From a virus (Duplodnaviria; Caudoviricetes), in the IMG/VR virus record IMGVR_UViG_3300033463_000008: a stretch of 64,000 nt of DNA; one strand, given 5' to 3'. The position numbers were made by a program, and so were the translations under genes. Below, one piece after another: positions 9,366 to 21,600 of this stretch (within the stretch, counting starts at the first letter, position 1; every line of letters begins with the position of its first letter). Below the pieces are notes generated by a model, which made no database searches, was not told the origin of the DNA, and saw only the letters and a list, made by a program, of their open reading frames with translations.

Positions 9366-10847
9366 ATGAATGAAGAAGCGAATGTAACCAACAATACCGA
9401 AACTCCCGAACTGGCTGACAAAGTAGATACCTTGCCGATGGATGACGTTAAGGGCGATGTGCCTGTTGACATTGAAGAACAGTATCTGGATGAGGGAGAC
9501 GCTGAAGATGAAAGCGGCTCTTTCGATAATGAACCGAGTGCAGCTAAAAACGATGCCGGCCTGCTTGACGAACCGTCCGATGAAGAAAATGAACTGAATG
9601 AAGTTCCTTCTGTCGAGGCGCTTAAGAAAGTTGATAAGGACATGCAGGATGCCATCCTTGGCAATTCGAAACAGCCGTCAGAACCAGATTCTCCGAATGT
9701 ACCTCCTGATATGCCGCACGAGATGGACGAAAAATATCCGCCGTTTGGCTTAGGGAATGAATTTTCTGGACAACAGCAGCCGAATATGGGCAATGACAGT
9801 AACGCTATTCCTCCGTACCTTACATACGAAGGTTCCCGCCTGCCTACCTATGAAGAAGCTTTGAAGCAAGTAAAACCGGATTATGACGATTTTTACTTTG
9901 GTGATCTTGGAATCAATGATGAACAGCTGCATGAGTATACTACGACACTATGGTATAAGGTGCGTACTCCAAAACAGCCCAATGGCCGCGACTACAAGGT
10001 TCTCGGAATGCCTAAATACCCGAAATTCCTGGAACGCCTGGGCGTAAAGAATATTTCCGAAGCCAGCCTGATGCAGATCTGGGAAACTTTTAGACCCAAT
10101 TCGCTAAAACGCAAACTGGAAGAGGAAGATGCGAATCGCGCAATCGTCATAACTGCACAGGCAATAGTCTCCAGGATGGTCAAGGAACATCGCCTTACGT
10201 CTGGCACCTTGACTAGCGCAGACATGAATTTCATTGCCACGAGCATCCCGGACTATTCCGAGGGGACTATCCTGTCCATCAAGGAGTACATCCGCCGTGT
10301 CTATGAAACTGACCAGAATGTGGGACCTACCTTGTTCTATGGTCCGGAGCCGAGAATGGACTGCATCGTCAGCGACCTTAATGCAGATGGTGGAAAGCTT
10401 GTTGACGGTGTTCCTTTGACTAAGCGGGATGTTGACTTGGTCAACGAGGCGACCAGGAAGGTTGCTGAAAATTTTGACAAGGGTCCAAAGGAGCCACCAA
10501 TGGTCGTGCCGCAACTCAAGATGCTCTTCTCCAGGCACAAGGACATTCCGGGCACCTTGTTTACCCGCATTTCCAAGATTCCTCCCAGTTCATGGAACAT
10601 TTCTCTTGAACGCAACCTGTTCATGATGAACTATGAAGATGGCGTCCGCAGTATCAGGATTGAAGTCATGCTGAATGACGACAGGCCGGCATTCTTCAAC
10701 ATCAACTGCAGTGCGTTGATGGATGGCAGCGGTTCGATGAAGTATCACGAAAGTTATGATACCGTAGAGGATATGGCATCTTCCGGTCCGAACGCTCTCC
10801 GACTCCTGCGCTTCGTGGCAAGCAAGTTCAGCGGCATAACCGCTTAA
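9366..10847 (+). CDS. hypothetical protein (PDYDDF/PKYPKFL domain; paralog of 22698-23486)
   Basis: GGAGG RBS before MNEEAN; acidic N-terminus; conserved ~120-aa block shared with the paralog. Confidence 0.75.
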   Translation: MNEEANVTNNTETPELADKVDTLPMDDVKGDVPVDIEEQYLDEGDAEDESGSFDNEPSAAKNDAGLLDEPSDEENELNEVPSVEALKKVDKDMQDAILGNSKQPSEPDSPNVPPDMPHEMDEKYPPFGLGNEFSGQQQPNMGNDSNAIPPYLTYEGSRLPTYEEALKQVKPDYDDFYFGDLGINDEQLHEYTTTLWYKVRTPKQPNGRDYKVLGMPKYPKFLERLGVKNISEASLMQIWETFRPNSLKRKLEEEDANRAIVITAQAIVSRMVKEHRLTSGTLTSADMNFIATSIPDYSEGTILSIKEYIRRVYETDQNVGPTLFYGPEPRMDCIVSDLNADGGKLVDGVPLTKRDVDLVNEATRKVAENFDKGPKEPPMVVPQLKMLFSRHKDIPGTLFTRISKIPPSSWNISLERNLFMMNYEDGVRSIRIEVMLNDDRPAFFNINCSALMDGSGSMKYHESYDTVEDMASSGPNALRLLRFVASKFSGITA

Positions 10848-10871
10848 CATATTTTCCAACTTGATGAAGAT

Positions 10872-10897
10872 GGCCACCTCTTGCGAGGTGGCCTTTT
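10872..10897 (+). terminator. intrinsic terminator
   Basis: GGCCACCTC-TTGC-GAGGTGGCC-TTTT between convergent genes. Confidence 0.8.
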
Positions 10898-10900
10898 CTG

Positions 10901-11596
10901 TTAGTAGATTGTCCTGATTTTTTCGCCTTCCGGCACGCCGGTTCGGAGGTATCTGAGTTCCAGCTTTGGCACCTTGGCCATCTTTGCATTTGCGATGGAC
11001 AGCCAGAAACCGAAGAAGTGTTCTGCCAGATATCCGTCAATTCTGCGGTTGGAATCATCCAGGCCAGCCTTCTTGTCGAATTCTGCAAGTAAAGTAAACA
11101 AATCTTTACAGTATGTATCGATAAGAGGCTTCTTGCCGATGAACATGTTGCACTGGATGAGGGACGGACCTTTCAGGTAGTTGACAAACCTGGTTCCGAG
11201 GTTGGTCTCGGTTTCTTCCAGTACCGACAGGAACATGTCAAGCCACTTCATGTACTTGGCATCGGCGAACCACATGAACGCCGAGTAGTTCTTCCTGTGG
11301 AAGAATTCGGTGACAATGATGTCCGACTTGTCGAGGAGCTCGTTCGCCTGGTTCTTGGTCAGCCGTGACCAGCCCTGGTTGTCCGCGTTTGCGAAGAATC
11401 TCCTGTAGTGTTCCAGGCCGATGATGTTTGCTGCCGAATGTTTCCACATGTAGTACAGCGCGGTTAGCTCACAGTACCATGGGTTGAGATTGTCGATATT
11501 GTCCCCCTTGTGCGGGGCGTCCACCAAGAATTTCTCCCTGCCCTCGTCGAGTTCAAGGAAATTGTTGCGTTTTGATCCTACTACATATATGCTCAT
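10901..11596 (-). CDS. DUF4422-family glycosyltransferase
   Basis: GDNIDNLNPWYCELTALYYMWKH, IIGLEHYRRFF, CNMFI, RIDGYLAEHFF are typical DUF4422 motifs. Confidence 0.8.
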   Translation of the reverse strand: MSIYVVGSKRNNFLELDEGREKFLVDAPHKGDNIDNLNPWYCELTALYYMWKHSAANIIGLEHYRRFFANADNQGWSRLTKNQANELLDKSDIIVTEFFHRKNYSAFMWFADAKYMKWLDMFLSVLEETETNLGTRFVNYLKGPSLIQCNMFIGKKPLIDTYCKDLFTLLAEFDKKAGLDDSNRRIDGYLAEHFFGFWLSIANAKMAKVPKLELRYLRTGVPEGEKIRTIY

Positions 11597-11612
11597 ACCC
11601 GAAAACTATATG

Positions 11613-11637
11613 AAAAAGACGGACCAGATGGCCCGTC
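11613..11637 (-). terminator. intrinsic terminator
   Basis: Minus strand GACGGGCC-ATCT-GGTCCGTC-TTTTT downstream of the 11660-12370 gene. Confidence 0.6.
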
Positions 11638-11659
11638 CCTGAAATTAAGTGTTGATGAA

Positions 11660-12370
11660 CTAGACTCGTTTTGGTTTTTCCTGCCACATATTGCGAGCGT
11701 AATCCAAGGATTCGGTATCGGAATTCAGAACGACGAGACCTTGTGGAAGAGTGTAGTTTCCAAATTTTCTGCACCACAGATACATGCTGCACGGTTCATT
11801 GATACCTGCAACAGTTACCGGGATGCCGTTGCCGTAATTCGGGTCGGCTGCCAATCCTTCGACTAAGTCTTGAATAAACTGTTCAGTAGTGGTTCCTACG
11901 AGATCAAGAATGTCGAACCCAAGACGGTCTTCAAGTTCGCCGTGCGCATAAACGCCTTCAGCGGGTTCGCTATTCATGTTATCTGTGGCATCGTTAGCTC
12001 CGATTAAGCGATACTTGCCTTCCGGCTGCGGTGTCGGCTGCGGATTTTCTTCATCCGGGGACCAGCCATTGCCATCGTAGTTGAAGGTAAAGCAGGAATC
12101 ACATCCAGACTTGATAGCTTCCACGAGCGCGGCGTTTTCCTCGGTGCGCATAGACATGATTGCGTCGCCTAGCTTGGTGATAGCTTCGGCTACCATCGGG
12201 GATGGGTGATTGCAGACCTGCGGGATGCAGGGGGCGGTTTTCTTCCCATCAAAGCTTTCGAATGTCGCCTTTGCACCTGCGGCAAGCGAGTCGATGATGT
12301 AGTTGTTCTTGCCGTCCTTCATCGATTCAAGCGCGGCGTAAAATTTATCTTGAAGTTCTTGGGGAATCAT
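11660..12370 (-). CDS. hypothetical late protein, probably head-internal
   Basis: GAGG RBS; TATAAACT at 12397-12404 (-); KFYAALES and TFES motifs. Confidence 0.7.
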   Translation of the reverse strand: MIPQELQDKFYAALESMKDGKNNYIIDSLAAGAKATFESFDGKKTAPCIPQVCNHPSPMVAEAITKLGDAIMSMRTEENAALVEAIKSGCDSCFTFNYDGNGWSPDEENPQPTPQPEGKYRLIGANDATDNMNSEPAEGVYAHGELEDRLGFDILDLVGTTTEQFIQDLVEGLAADPNYGNGIPVTVAGINEPCSMYLWCRKFGNYTLPQGLVVLNSDTESLDYARNMWQEKPKRV

Positions 12371-12396
12371 GTTAACCTCTGAATTATAACATTTTC

Positions 12397-12404
12397 AGTT
12401 TATA
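12397..12404 (-). promoter_or_regulatory. TATAAACT late-type promoter
   Basis: Exact motif 26 nt upstream of the ATG. Confidence 0.7.
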
Positions 12405-12407
12405 CGA

Positions 12408-12770
12408 CTACCAGTATTTTCTGGCGTCATGGATTATCGCCAGCAGCTTTTCGCGCTCTTCCGCATCGGTGGGGATTGCTGTGCGGATTTCAATCATTTG
12501 CAGTTCTTCCTTGTCGCCAGGCATCATGCGGTCAAATGTGAAACCGGTAATCGTGTTGGTATCGGCGTTAATCTGGTCCTCAAAATCATAGGCGAGTGTC
12601 TGGCTTTCGGTTTCGAGCACCCTGATGTATTCGCCTGTCTGGATTTGGGCGACGACCACGTACCGGTGTTCGCTATCCTTGCTTCTGGTGAAGGTGTGAA
12701 ATAAGTTCAATAACCAGTTGCCTACGATGCACCCGTAAACTGCCGATGCTACTTGATTGACTGTTATCAT
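12408..12770 (-). CDS. small hypothetical protein with N-terminal hydrophobic segment
   Basis: GGAGG RBS before MITVNQ; hydrophobic ASAVYGCIVGNWLLNLF. Confidence 0.65.
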   Translation of the reverse strand: MITVNQVASAVYGCIVGNWLLNLFHTFTRSKDSEHRYVVVAQIQTGEYIRVLETESQTLAYDFEDQINADTNTITGFTFDRMMPGDKEELQMIEIRTAIPTDAEEREKLLAIIHDARKYW

Positions 12771-12794
12771 TTGCTTACCTCCTGGCAAACTATG

Positions 12795-15497
12795 TTATAC
12801 CTCGGTAAAGAGCAGCTGCGTGGTCCTGAACGGCATGATGAATCCGCCGTGGTGAGAACCGATCTGCGCTTCCACCAGTGTCGGCTTCGAGTTGCTGGTG
12901 AAAAGGCGAGAAATGAAGCTGGATGCTCCTTTCCTGAATCCCGTACGTTCCTTAGGCACGAAGATGTACAGCGGGGGTCTTCCATTACGGTTTATCATGT
13001 TGGCATATTCTTCTTCGCTCATGCCAAGGGTATCCATGTAGATTTTTGCTCCCTTGACCGGCGAGAGGACATTGTACACTTCGACAATGAAGTCCCTGGT
13101 AAGCGGGACGGTGCCTATGGAAGTCTGCAAATCTGTTGATACTCGGGGATATACTGAGGCCATGACCTGTGCGTTGCCTACTTCAGTAAGGTCGTTGGCA
13201 TCAACAGTTATGCGGTTGATTGCGCAAGTAACTCCCTTGGCATTCTTGAAGTCCTTGAGAACCTTGATCGGGGAAGACAGGCCAACGCGCTTCATCTGCT
13301 TTTTTAGCTTCGCATAAGACTGTTTCACCTGTTTTTCATCTTTGCCCTTCAATATCATCTGGATTTCCGGCGCACCGAAATTGATGAACGGGAAACCCAT
13401 GGACGTTATGATAGGCTCGTTCCAAAGGACGGAAGAGTTGTCCTGAGTGAACCCGGCAGGCACTTCGACTGAACCTAGCGGCCTGGTCCGGCTGCCCGAT
13501 ATGAAGGTGTGACCGCCGGTGAGGTTGGTATGGGCTATGCCTTCACCACCCCGTGCCCCTGTCCTCGTGATATATTGCCCGCTTGGGGTGCGGTTGATGA
13601 GGATATCCTTGATTACTGACTGGGTAACGCCTGGTGCAAACCGGGTAAGGAATTCTGCATTTGCTGTACTTCCGGCAATATCGTCTTCGACCGCATGGAT
13701 AGCAGCGATGATTTGCTCGCGGGATGCTGCATGTGCGTAGATTTCGGCAAGGACCTTCTGGGGAATGTTTACACGGGGCGCAATCGGAGGCGGAGTTAAA
13801 TTGCCATCGGAATCACCCTCTTGATGTGCTCTTGTGCCATCAACACCGCTAGGTCCAGGATTTGGATTGGGGTCGGGATGGCCTATAAGTTCCAAAAGTT
13901 GTGCTATCTGGGATTCGGATAGCGATGACGACTGTTCACCAATTCGTGCAATTTCTTCCGCCGCTTGTTCGCGGGCTTCCTGTGCTGTTTGCATGGAAGT
14001 CCTGGTTTCAGCAGCGATACCTTGTATCTGTGCAAGGTAGTCTTCAATTTTTTGAAGAATTGTATTTGCTTGGGATTGGAAGGCTTCTTGTGTTTGGGTA
14101 GCGGTGTCCTTTGCGGCATCGACAATACCTTGTGCGTTGGCAAGAGCTTGATTTACTGTTGCGCTAGCCCGTTCAACCGATTGCACTGTTCCGCGTAGTC
14201 GTCCGAGTGCCTGTATCTGTTCTGGGGTCAACGAGGTGCCGGAATTTATGGATTGAATCCCGCTTATTGTTTGTTGTAATGCTGCTACTGCCTGCGCTGT
14301 ACGGTCGGAGGATTCAATTGCCTTACGGGCAAGAGCCTCCACACCTTGCAGTGAAGCCTGCAGTTCTTCAATCTTGGCATTATCCTCGTCGTTTAATGGG
14401 GTGTGTAGCCATTTTTCAAAATTGAAATCTTCATCGTGTTCCATATCATCCTCGGCATCATTGGGTTCTGATGAGGTTGGTTCTGCTGGTGGTTCAACAA
14501 AGTCTTGTGCTTCGGTGTCATTCCCAGGAGGTATAATGTTCGCTGCACCAGCTGTGAATAGTTCACCGTTTGACTGCTCACCTGGAGTTGTTTTAGTTGG
14601 TACGTTATTTTTTGCATCAAGCACCGTGCCATTTGGTGGCGTAACTTGCGGTGCCGACGTTTCCACCGGTTTGTCGTCGGAAATGGGTCTAGTTCTTGCG
14701 CCTACACGGCGCCGTCTGATGGTACGGGAACCACCAACATCGGTAAAAAATCCGGGTTGAACGTTTAAAGTTCTCCCATAAAGTGGTGTTGCAGAGTCGG
14801 TTGTGACGGAAGGTAGCGCCGACAATTTGGAGCTTAAATTGGACATGAATGCTTCATCGGGAACTTGGGATTGCGATATAAACGCCGTATCACATTTGTT
14901 AAATATCTCCGCAATGGCGTTAATTCGAGTATTGAATTCAACTTCCTTGGCGTGCTGATATTCATCAGGGTGTTTTTTGAGGTGCTTATACCTATCATCC
15001 TTTGGGGTCATCCATTTGAGGGTGCTGTCAAGCTGTGATTTGTCAAATGCAGTACAAAATAGGCCGAGAATGGCGATGGACAATGGTGCGGAAGGAACTT
15101 CTTCGACCACACGATTCCATAAGAATGCAGAATCTTCGTCAGATGGTGTAAAATTCGTAACATTTCCGATGAGAACGGAGGCTGCGTTTTCCAAGAAGGC
15201 GAGTACTTCGCTGGGCTGATCCGTATCTGGAATATTTGGATTTGGTGTGGCTAGTTGATATGTAGCAAGAAGATACAATCCGGCTTTTGATGGGTTTGCA
15301 ATGAATTTGCTTATTGCGCTTGATGTTGAAAAAGAGTGCATTACAGCATCTATGCAGTCTTGGGTGCATAGTTTTTGTGTCATTTGCAGGTACAACGCCT
15401 TAGCTGCCGGGGTACTATCGCATATATCCGACGGAAATGTTGTGTCGTTATTTAAATTTTCATCCGTTGGCACAAATTCAAAATTTGGTGTAGCCAT
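12795..15497 (-). CDS. large hypothetical late protein with central coiled-coil
   Basis: 900-aa ORF, GAGG RBS, TATAAACT at 15525-15532 (-); Q/A-rich heptad region. Confidence 0.75.
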   Translation of the reverse strand: MATPNFEFVPTDENLNNDTTFPSDICDSTPAAKALYLQMTQKLCTQDCIDAVMHSFSTSSAISKFIANPSKAGLYLLATYQLATPNPNIPDTDQPSEVLAFLENAASVLIGNVTNFTPSDEDSAFLWNRVVEEVPSAPLSIAILGLFCTAFDKSQLDSTLKWMTPKDDRYKHLKKHPDEYQHAKEVEFNTRINAIAEIFNKCDTAFISQSQVPDEAFMSNLSSKLSALPSVTTDSATPLYGRTLNVQPGFFTDVGGSRTIRRRRVGARTRPISDDKPVETSAPQVTPPNGTVLDAKNNVPTKTTPGEQSNGELFTAGAANIIPPGNDTEAQDFVEPPAEPTSSEPNDAEDDMEHDEDFNFEKWLHTPLNDEDNAKIEELQASLQGVEALARKAIESSDRTAQAVAALQQTISGIQSINSGTSLTPEQIQALGRLRGTVQSVERASATVNQALANAQGIVDAAKDTATQTQEAFQSQANTILQKIEDYLAQIQGIAAETRTSMQTAQEAREQAAEEIARIGEQSSSLSESQIAQLLELIGHPDPNPNPGPSGVDGTRAHQEGDSDGNLTPPPIAPRVNIPQKVLAEIYAHAASREQIIAAIHAVEDDIAGSTANAEFLTRFAPGVTQSVIKDILINRTPSGQYITRTGARGGEGIAHTNLTGGHTFISGSRTRPLGSVEVPAGFTQDNSSVLWNEPIITSMGFPFINFGAPEIQMILKGKDEKQVKQSYAKLKKQMKRVGLSSPIKVLKDFKNAKGVTCAINRITVDANDLTEVGNAQVMASVYPRVSTDLQTSIGTVPLTRDFIVEVYNVLSPVKGAKIYMDTLGMSEEEYANMINRNGRPPLYIFVPKERTGFRKGASSFISRLFTSNSKPTLVEAQIGSHHGGFIMPFRTTQLLFTEV

Positions 15498-15524
15498 AAC
15501 GCCCTCAAAATGACAGTCCCCTGC

Positions 15525-15594
15525 AGTTTATAAGGTAAAATGGAGAAATATACCATCCGTGGTGGCCTAAAATATTTGGTCCGCACTATAAACT
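15525..15594. promoter_or_regulatory. divergent pair of TATAAACT late-type promoters
   Basis: AGTTTATA 15525-15532 and TATAAACT 15587-15594 face the two giant genes. Confidence 0.7.
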
Positions 15595-15630
15595 ACCGGC
15601 AAATAACCATATTTTTTCAAAGGCTGTAGC

Positions 15631-18600
15631 ATGAGCGTTCGTTCATTATTTGAAAGCACAATCAATGACGCAAAACAGGATGTTGCCGGTATTCGTACCT
15701 CGCTGCTAGGTTTAAAGGGATTGGCCAAGGTATTTCCTGAAATTGTAAGTGAATCCCCATTCTATAGCATTGCCCGGCATAATACGTCGATGTTGCGCTT
15801 CCCGCCAACTTTGCAGTCGGTGATATATGCGGCGTTTCATAAAAACGATGACCCGCTGTACTACAGTATCATCGCCGATGCGGTCACTGACGACACGGCT
15901 CGCCTGAATGATGGCAAAAAGCATAACGATGCGTCTAACATAGCTGGTGGACGTAATGATCCGGAATCTGGCCGTTTGGTCCCGTATGCAATTGATTCAA
16001 ACACCTCAATGCAGGGTGATGCTATTGCCGAACAGCGGAAATCCAGACGGGGCGGTCCGACATTGGCGGAAGCTAGACACTACGTCATGGGTGTGTTGAA
16101 TAACCCCGAAAAGCTGAAGAATATTGGTAAAAATTTTGGTGTTTATTTGTTTGATTTGGAAGATCATATCGAAGGCTCCCGCACTCGAAAGGCGATGCTT
16201 GAAGATATGACCAATGTGATGAATGATGCTCGCAATGAATATGTTGAAGGGTTGTCTTCAAGCAAGCGGGTATCTGCTGATGACAATGGATTGCTTCGTG
16301 AACTCAGGCCGAATCCGGATGTCAAAATCTCGGACGATGAAGTGTATGCGTTTATCGCATGCCGTATGTCTGAACATTACGCCGATGACGTGGAACATGA
16401 AGTAAACGGTCTTGCCGGAAAGAAGTTTAACGACTGGTTCTGGTCGAACAGTCCAGACATTACCGAGATGCCTGATGTCGCAAAGGGAAACGATGTTACT
16501 ATTGCCGACACGGTTGAATTTGTGCACGACTGGGTTGAGGGTCGAGGTGCAACGGAAAGCCGCGAATACCAGACCGGTGAAGGGCGTTCTGAGTATATCG
16601 CGCTTAAAATCTTCAATGATTCCGTTGACTTGACAGGTGCGCCGGTTGCCCCGGAATATTTGCGCCCAATGTTTGCCCAGGATTGCGCTCAGTTCACTGG
16701 TAAGCGCGGCGCGAAAAATGAGATTTCGAAGCCTAATGTAATAGGTCTTGGCTATGAGTTGATTGCTGATGCTTTGGGCATGCAGGAACGCCTCCCAAGA
16801 GTTACGAATACAAAGGGCGAAGTAGTGCGAAGATGCGATGGTGCGGACTTGGATGCCATTCGCGCTCAAATTAATGATTTTATCGCAGAATTGGCAATGG
16901 ATCGTGACAGGGCGAATGAGGTCCGCAATGCTGCAATTGCCAAGTTGAAGTCTAAGCTCGGCGATGCTAATATTTCGAAGCTGGTGCAAAACATTTTGCG
17001 CCAGGTATTCCAGTTGATGCCGCCTGATTTCACTGATACACAATATCCTGGTGTTGCCGGATATGGTGATGAAATCTTGCTCCGTAAAACTAGCGTTGCC
17101 GAAGGTGAAATTACAAGCCGTATTTTAAAGGCTGTTAAACAGTTCCCGAAGCAATATGTTGTGGTTTCTGACGACAAGGGTTCCGGTGCTGTTACGGTGA
17201 AGCTTGGTGATGAAACGGTAACTTTCCGCCAAGGTGCTGGTGATGGTGCTGAAAATCCTGATTCGTTCATTAAGACGACGTTGTTCCCCTACATAGACAG
17301 TACGACATCCTATGCAACTTACACTGAATGGCTGGGTGTTGTTCCGTATAGCCGTGCAGTTGACAATCAGCTTGAACATCTCAATGTAGAAAGTGATGAA
17401 CTGAATGCAGTAAGGCAATCCGAAGGACCGGAAATAGCACAGGATACATTGGATTCCATGGTGGGCGCTCGCCAATCGGCTTCCATGTTGACCGGTACTA
17501 CTGACTTCTATGATAATCCGCCATCTAAGAAGGAAATTGCTTCCACGTTGCCTGCTGCCGATAGGCGTCTCATCAACAGCTGCACTGATGGTGAGCTTCA
17601 GGCGTATGCTATTGTTAAGAGCATAACTGAATATGACAGTAAACTGAAGTTGTATCTGCATACGGCTATTGGTTACAATAGGACTAGCCCGGTTGATGAT
17701 GATACCGCTATTGCAACGGCATCATATCGTTACGCTTTCTATGACGTGTTTGGCAACATCAAGAATCTGGTGTCTGATGCGTCATATGAAGACTTGAAGG
17801 CACAGGCAGTAGAAAAGGCACGCATGTATGCTGCGGTCATGTACAATAACCCTGACTATGATGCGCATGCAAAGGGTCCGGAAGCCATTCATGAGAAAAT
17901 GAATGAGGCGAAGGACTATGCAAGGGAAATGTGCTTTAATTTCACCAGTGCATTAAAATCCCGCGATATTCCAAGTGAAATTGCAAGCGCTTATAATGGT
18001 GACGCGAACGAGTCGCTGAATGCATTCAGAACGTTCCTTATGGATCTTGCGTTGTCCGGAACCAATTTTGTTAAGGGTTATGGCTATCAGTTCCTTAACG
18101 ATATCAATACTTATACCGGCGGTAAGTATGATACTGGCAACCGGATGCTGGTGACATATGATAGTGAAGAGAATATTCCGCTAGGACGCCTTGGTGATGC
18201 AAACCTGGCAGACATGATGCAACGTGTTGATTCCGCCCGTCAGGCGGAAGTGGAACAGATTGCTAAGCTGGCTTCAATTGTAAAAACTTCTTCGATGGGT
18301 TCATACACAAAGGGTCCACGCGAACGGGTAATTCCGGGCGCACGTCCGGAAACAAATAGGGCGCTGCTCAACCAGGTCAAGCAGATGATTGCGTCTATTC
18401 CTGGGGTTGATCAAGCCCGTATTGAAGAAGTGGTTGATGCTTTCAAGGGCCGAGGCTTTGAACAGGGCACTTTGGTTCAGGTATATGCATGCGTATATGC
18501 CGCATTAGTGGCGATTATTCTGAATGGCGATGTTGCAAAAACTATTACGCCGTTGCTTATGTCGCTGGTCCCCGACTCGTATACAACTGCGGTCGATGGA

Positions 18601-21600
18601 TTGATTGCCAAGGCCGAGGAAGTTGATTCAAAGTCCGGTACGGTATCGGGTATTTTGCTGAGTGTTGAAAATGCTCGAAAGAATCTTAAGCTTCTTACGT
18701 CCGATGGCAAGCTCCTTGAACCGATTTACAACGCATTCCGTGGTAATGCGGTCGGCGACGAGGCAGAACGTAAGGCATATGCCAAGATGGCTGCATCGGC
18801 CTTGTCTGTAATTAAGAATAGTCATGATATTGACTCTTTGAAGCAGAATGTGGCCCAGTTCTTCCATACTGAGCCCAGCAAGCTGTCGCAGATTTTTGAC
18901 GAAACCATCCCGTTGGATGATATGCCCGAATCCGAAAATGCCGTTGAACAGCAGGAATACGGAATTGGTGAATACGTTGCTGAAAATATGCCGCAGTGGA
19001 CGCCAAACGGAAAGAATTATGCTGGTCTAACCGGTTATTTTGGATTTGACTCTGTCAGAACCGGGGAAACACATAAAAGTTCTGCTGCAGAACGTCCATT
19101 GGTGGATGGCGAATCTGCGTTCGTTGGATTGAGCCAGGATGCAATGATTGCTTGCGCTGACCATATTCAGTCTGCTAGGGAAGAGTTGAAAGAACTTGAA
19201 TCCCGAGCAGGTTCTGCACAGGCTGATGCCCTGAAGACGGAACATCCACTGTTCTGGGCAGATGATGTAATTGATTACATCGGGACGAATTACATGGAAA
19301 TTCGTCTGAGTGCACGATTGCTTCATTCTCCTAACGGCGTTGTTTTGGATAACGCTAGTGGTGCAGAATGGCTTAAGATAACCAAGAATGCCATTGATGG
19401 CGTGAAGCAAATGTGTGCTAATGGCAAAATCATGCTTCCTGCCGCTGCTGCTATACGTTATGAAGTGTCAAACTTCCTTGATAGGAAGATGGTTGTTGGG
19501 GCGCTTCCGGTAAAGTATGATGATGTGATGAAGATAAGCACCGGCTTTGCTCACATTATCCTTCGCCTTGGCGACATGACGAAGATTGTCAAGATGCCTA
19601 ACCCGTTGCGTGGATTGGCTACGCCGAATTCTGACATTCCGGGTGCAATGCAGGATGTGGCAGCTGAACGTGCTTTCCCTAAGGAAGGACGCGATGACAG
19701 CGTGGAACATCAGTATCTAAATAAGAGTGACGCCCACGAGCTGCTAAACCAGGCGCGTGACAGTGTTACGGATGATAATCTTGCCCATGAATTGGAAAGT
19801 TTGTACAACGACTTTGCAATGGATGCAACTTCTGGCGCACATCGAGTACTGAATTATTTTGTCAGAAACGCTCATGATGTTGACAATAAGCTTCATCGAA
19901 TGGATACTGACATAAATGTCGGCGCCGCTGCAAATAGTACGGCTGCAATGTGGCTGGGACATATCCTTAGGTCTGAGGCAACTGGTGATCGTCAGTATAC
20001 GGCATTGAAAAAGATCTTGGCAGAACAGATTAAGGGCAATGCTGTGCAATTTATTGGGGATGTATTCGAACTTCTTGGATTGAATGAACCCGCTAAGTAT
20101 GGTAGTCGGGCTGGCATGACGTATGCTGAAATGGGATTCAGCAACACAAATACGTCGGCTAAATCCGCCAAGACAGTTGCTGCCAAAAACTTGCTCACTG
20201 TTCCGAAATATTTGGATTCTGTCGTTAGGGCCCTTCGATTCCAGATTGCTGATCGACTGATGGATAACCGTTCATTTAGCCAGCTGGCTAAAGAAGATCC
20301 TGCGTTGATTCAAAAAATCGCTGATACGTTCTTTAACCTTGCGGGCAATTTGGATGGTGGAAAGACGGCTGCAATATTTGCCGCTCTTGACCCGGCTGAA
20401 CGCAATGCCGCTCATGCTGCATTTGCTGGCAAGGTACGTGACGAGATTAATACGGATGAAACTATTGGTGCGGCGTATGACTCTGATGAGTTTACAAAAG
20501 AACTTACGGGTGCATACCCAACACATGATGTTGGTAGCAAATCCGAAATCAAACAGTTGATTGGTGATATTATTGAACCTGATGGAAAGACCAATGAAGC
20601 CAAGGCTAAAAATAGGGCTGATGCCTATGCCAAGCTAGGTGACCTTGCGGGTGAAGATGCTGTCGATTTTGTGCAGAGTAAACTGGGGTCCAGTGCTGCT
20701 TCTAAAATAATGGCTGACGGAACTTCTGTGTCTGAAAGAGATCGTATGAGTGAATTGCTTAGCAACAAAATCATCACTCTCTTTGGAACTGACCCTAGAG
20801 GAGCTTACGACCGTGGCACTAAAATCGATACCGCCATTGCCAATACAAGCGAGAAGCTTGCGAACGCATTGCATGGCGTATTAACCGCCCGAGAACAGGC
20901 TGCTAAACTTCTTGGTGTGCATACTGCTGAATTTGTTGCCGAAGTTGGGAAAAATTCAGCCTTGCTGAGTGACACTGGTATGCGCAGTTGGCTGAGTGCT
21001 AATCACGTCAACAATCTTGATGCATCGAATGTTGCTGAACTTGTTAAGCTCGCTGGATTGATGGCCGTGCGGCTTAATGAAATCAAGGCTATTGAAGGTG
21101 CTGGTTATATTGATTTTGTAGAATCTTGCCGCATAACGCTTGAATCCAGGGGCGATAATCATTATACGCTCGATGGGATTAAGGATTTGCTTGGTGAGAT
21201 TCGCGAATCCGGCGCGGGCGGATGGTATACTAGGTTGATGAAGTATGCTGCTAATCAGGCTCAGACGGATGCAAAACCGGGGCTGGTGGGTAAACGTCGT
21301 AAAAACTCCAATATGGGTGATTTTGAACGTGAGCTCGACACGGTTGACAATAAGCTTGTTGGTTCAGTGAATGCTTCCAATACCCGCTCTCGTGCAGTCG
21401 GTGGAAATTTTGGCGAATCTTATTTGAATCAGTCTAACACACGGACCTTTGACGCTATAAAGAATACCGTGCGTAAGGAATTGATGAATATTCCTCTTGG
21501 TGCTGACGAAGAAGAAATGAACCAAGTGTTCCAAAAGCTGAAGAAGGGTACTGGCTTTGAAGGTAGTATCCGTAAATTCATGCAAGAATTGCTTTATGGC

